A stretch of 62,114 nucleotides of DNA, the filler included, from Hausera hauseri (lineage: Eukaryota): assembly GCA_046269625.1 (NCBI GenBank). It is 10 parts of 10 records of this genome, joined end to end, with 100 filler letters (N's around TTAATTAATTAA, not from the genome) between each part and the next. Parts side by side here need not be neighbours in the genome. Positions count along the whole stretch, not along the records: positions 57,181 to 62,114 come from JBJURY010387368.1; 9 more parts are not named here. One strand, given 5' to 3'. The position numbers were made by a program, and so were the translations under genes. The notes under the pieces were generated by a model. That model made no database searches, had not been told where the DNA came from, and saw only the letters and a list, made by a program, of their open reading frames with translations. This document shows, in pieces, positions 60,571-62,114 of this stretch; the stretch's first letter is position 1; the number at the start of each line of letters is the position of its first letter.

Positions 60571-62114
60571 CGCGCATCGTTTATGCTACTTTGAGGATCA
60601 ATTAAGCCTCGCCGGGGATCCAGGGCGTTGTGTTAAAGTTGATGCTGCAAGCGCTGCAGATGTACAAGGCATAACCGGAACAATGCCTCCCGTCTGTCAA
60701 GATGGGATTGGCATAACTAAAACTATACCGCCTATCAGTGCAGATGTTGAAGGCGTAACGGGTACAATGCCTGCCTTGAATATGGCTCTTTTGAACTTAG
60801 CCGTTTAATCGCGCAAGTGGGTTTTATGAAATTCATAAAACTTACAGTACTCATCTGTGCTGACAGTTTTAGATTCGGAACATATAAAATATTTTACACT
60901 GTTCCAGATCCGACCATAATATTTTCTTATATTTTCATGGCATTTCTGGCCATCATGTGAACTATTTGATACACAATATGTGTATATTTGACATATTTCA
61001 ATGATTTGTTTGAGTGCATATGATAAAGTTGACATCTGAATGCATAATTAATTTAGTAAATGTGAATTAATAAAATTACCATTTGTGGTAAAAATCTTTG
61101 GAATATTCCTTTCTTGAATGTTTTGAACATATTGATATGATGTCTATGACCATCACAGAAATCGTAATAACTTCCTCTGCTGGCCTCCTCACATGTTGGG
61201 TTCATGTAAAATTAAAAGCCATTGAACGACCATTTGTAATATTTTTCCATAATACTGTGGCATGTCTAACCATCATGGATGCTCAACTGGCAATAGGGGT
61301 AAAATGTGCATGTCTAAAAGCATCCTTAATAATAATAGCAATGAAGAACAAAACTTACCATTTTGGAAATAACGTAGATTATTTTATTGATTATTCAATT
61401 TTAAAAACTTTATTTATAATTTGGATGCAGTAAAACAAACTGACGTGGATACCTATTATTTATATACCGTGAATCCTCTGCTCTAAATGCTTGTGTTTTA
61501 CTATAGTTATTAATTATAGGCGCACATTTAAAAGTAAACTCTATATAGTCTTTGTTTTAATACACTACTTTGACATATTACGTAAATGGCGGATTATTTA
61601 CTGTTTTCAAATGTGGGGAATCTGATGGTGTAATCACGATAGGGTAAGAAAAAAATATATAGCATGATAAATCAGGCAATATATATGTCATATTTTCGAA
61701 TATTCCAAAACACTTTGTTTTATTGCATTAATTGCATACATTTCACAGCGCCATATTTAAAATTTGAACAAGGTTTTCATACACGGGAAATCAAATGCAG
61801 TGATCAGACTATTCCAATAATTTACTCTTGACCGAATGTTACCGAATTTTTCAATGTTTTATTTATTTTGAGACGGTTCCAAACACTGCACAACCTATTT
61901 TTGACCTACAAAGGTTTTCGGACATGGGGAATCCCATGGTGTTATTCGAATATTTGAAATCAATCAAAAAATCGGCATTTTAATTTAAGTCACTTTTTGA
62001 ATATCTGACGTTATATTCGGATTCTCCATATACGGTTTTCTATCCCTTTACGCTTTTACATTTTCTGATTTTTGCTTCTATTAAAATAGAAAATCAATTA
62101 TTCGAAAAAGTTCC

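Overview
The window is ten unrelated contigs joined by nine artificial 100-bp linkers (N44-TTAATTAATTAA-N44). Almost all of it is AT-rich, transposon-dense DNA from an animal-like eukaryote, and most reading frames are broken by stops and frameshifts. The main discovery is a 'complex' Ty3/Gypsy LTR retroelement family, present as two collinear, diverged copies (9125-14970 on +, 27177-32960 on -) plus more distant relatives (1400-2300, 51070-52128, possibly 53346-57000). After integrase it carries a conserved cassette: a signal-peptide/FN3-like/TM surface protein read in frame with Pol; a splice acceptor with a conserved 4-nt micro-exon; an ISG20/REXO4-type DEDDh exonuclease-fold protein lacking its catalytic residues; a conserved unknown domain; and a RING finger, followed by PPT and LTR. 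Also present: a tRNA-Met primer-binding site followed by three small zinc-finger ORFs (RING, double Zn-ribbon, RING); a BEL/Pao gag-pro with tandem CCCH fingers; a PolB-less Polinton/adintovirus-like element with ~1.4-kb TIRs, two pentons and a PC4 gene; a separate decayed protein-primed PolB; MULE and pogo remnants; NOMO-like and coiled-coil host gene fragments; and ~4.5 kb of intact Firmicutes-like bacterial DNA (WYL regulator, membrane coiled-coil protein, LysR, NCS2) joined without a gap to eukaryotic-type sequence. All family assignments come from motif recognition by eye, with no database searches.
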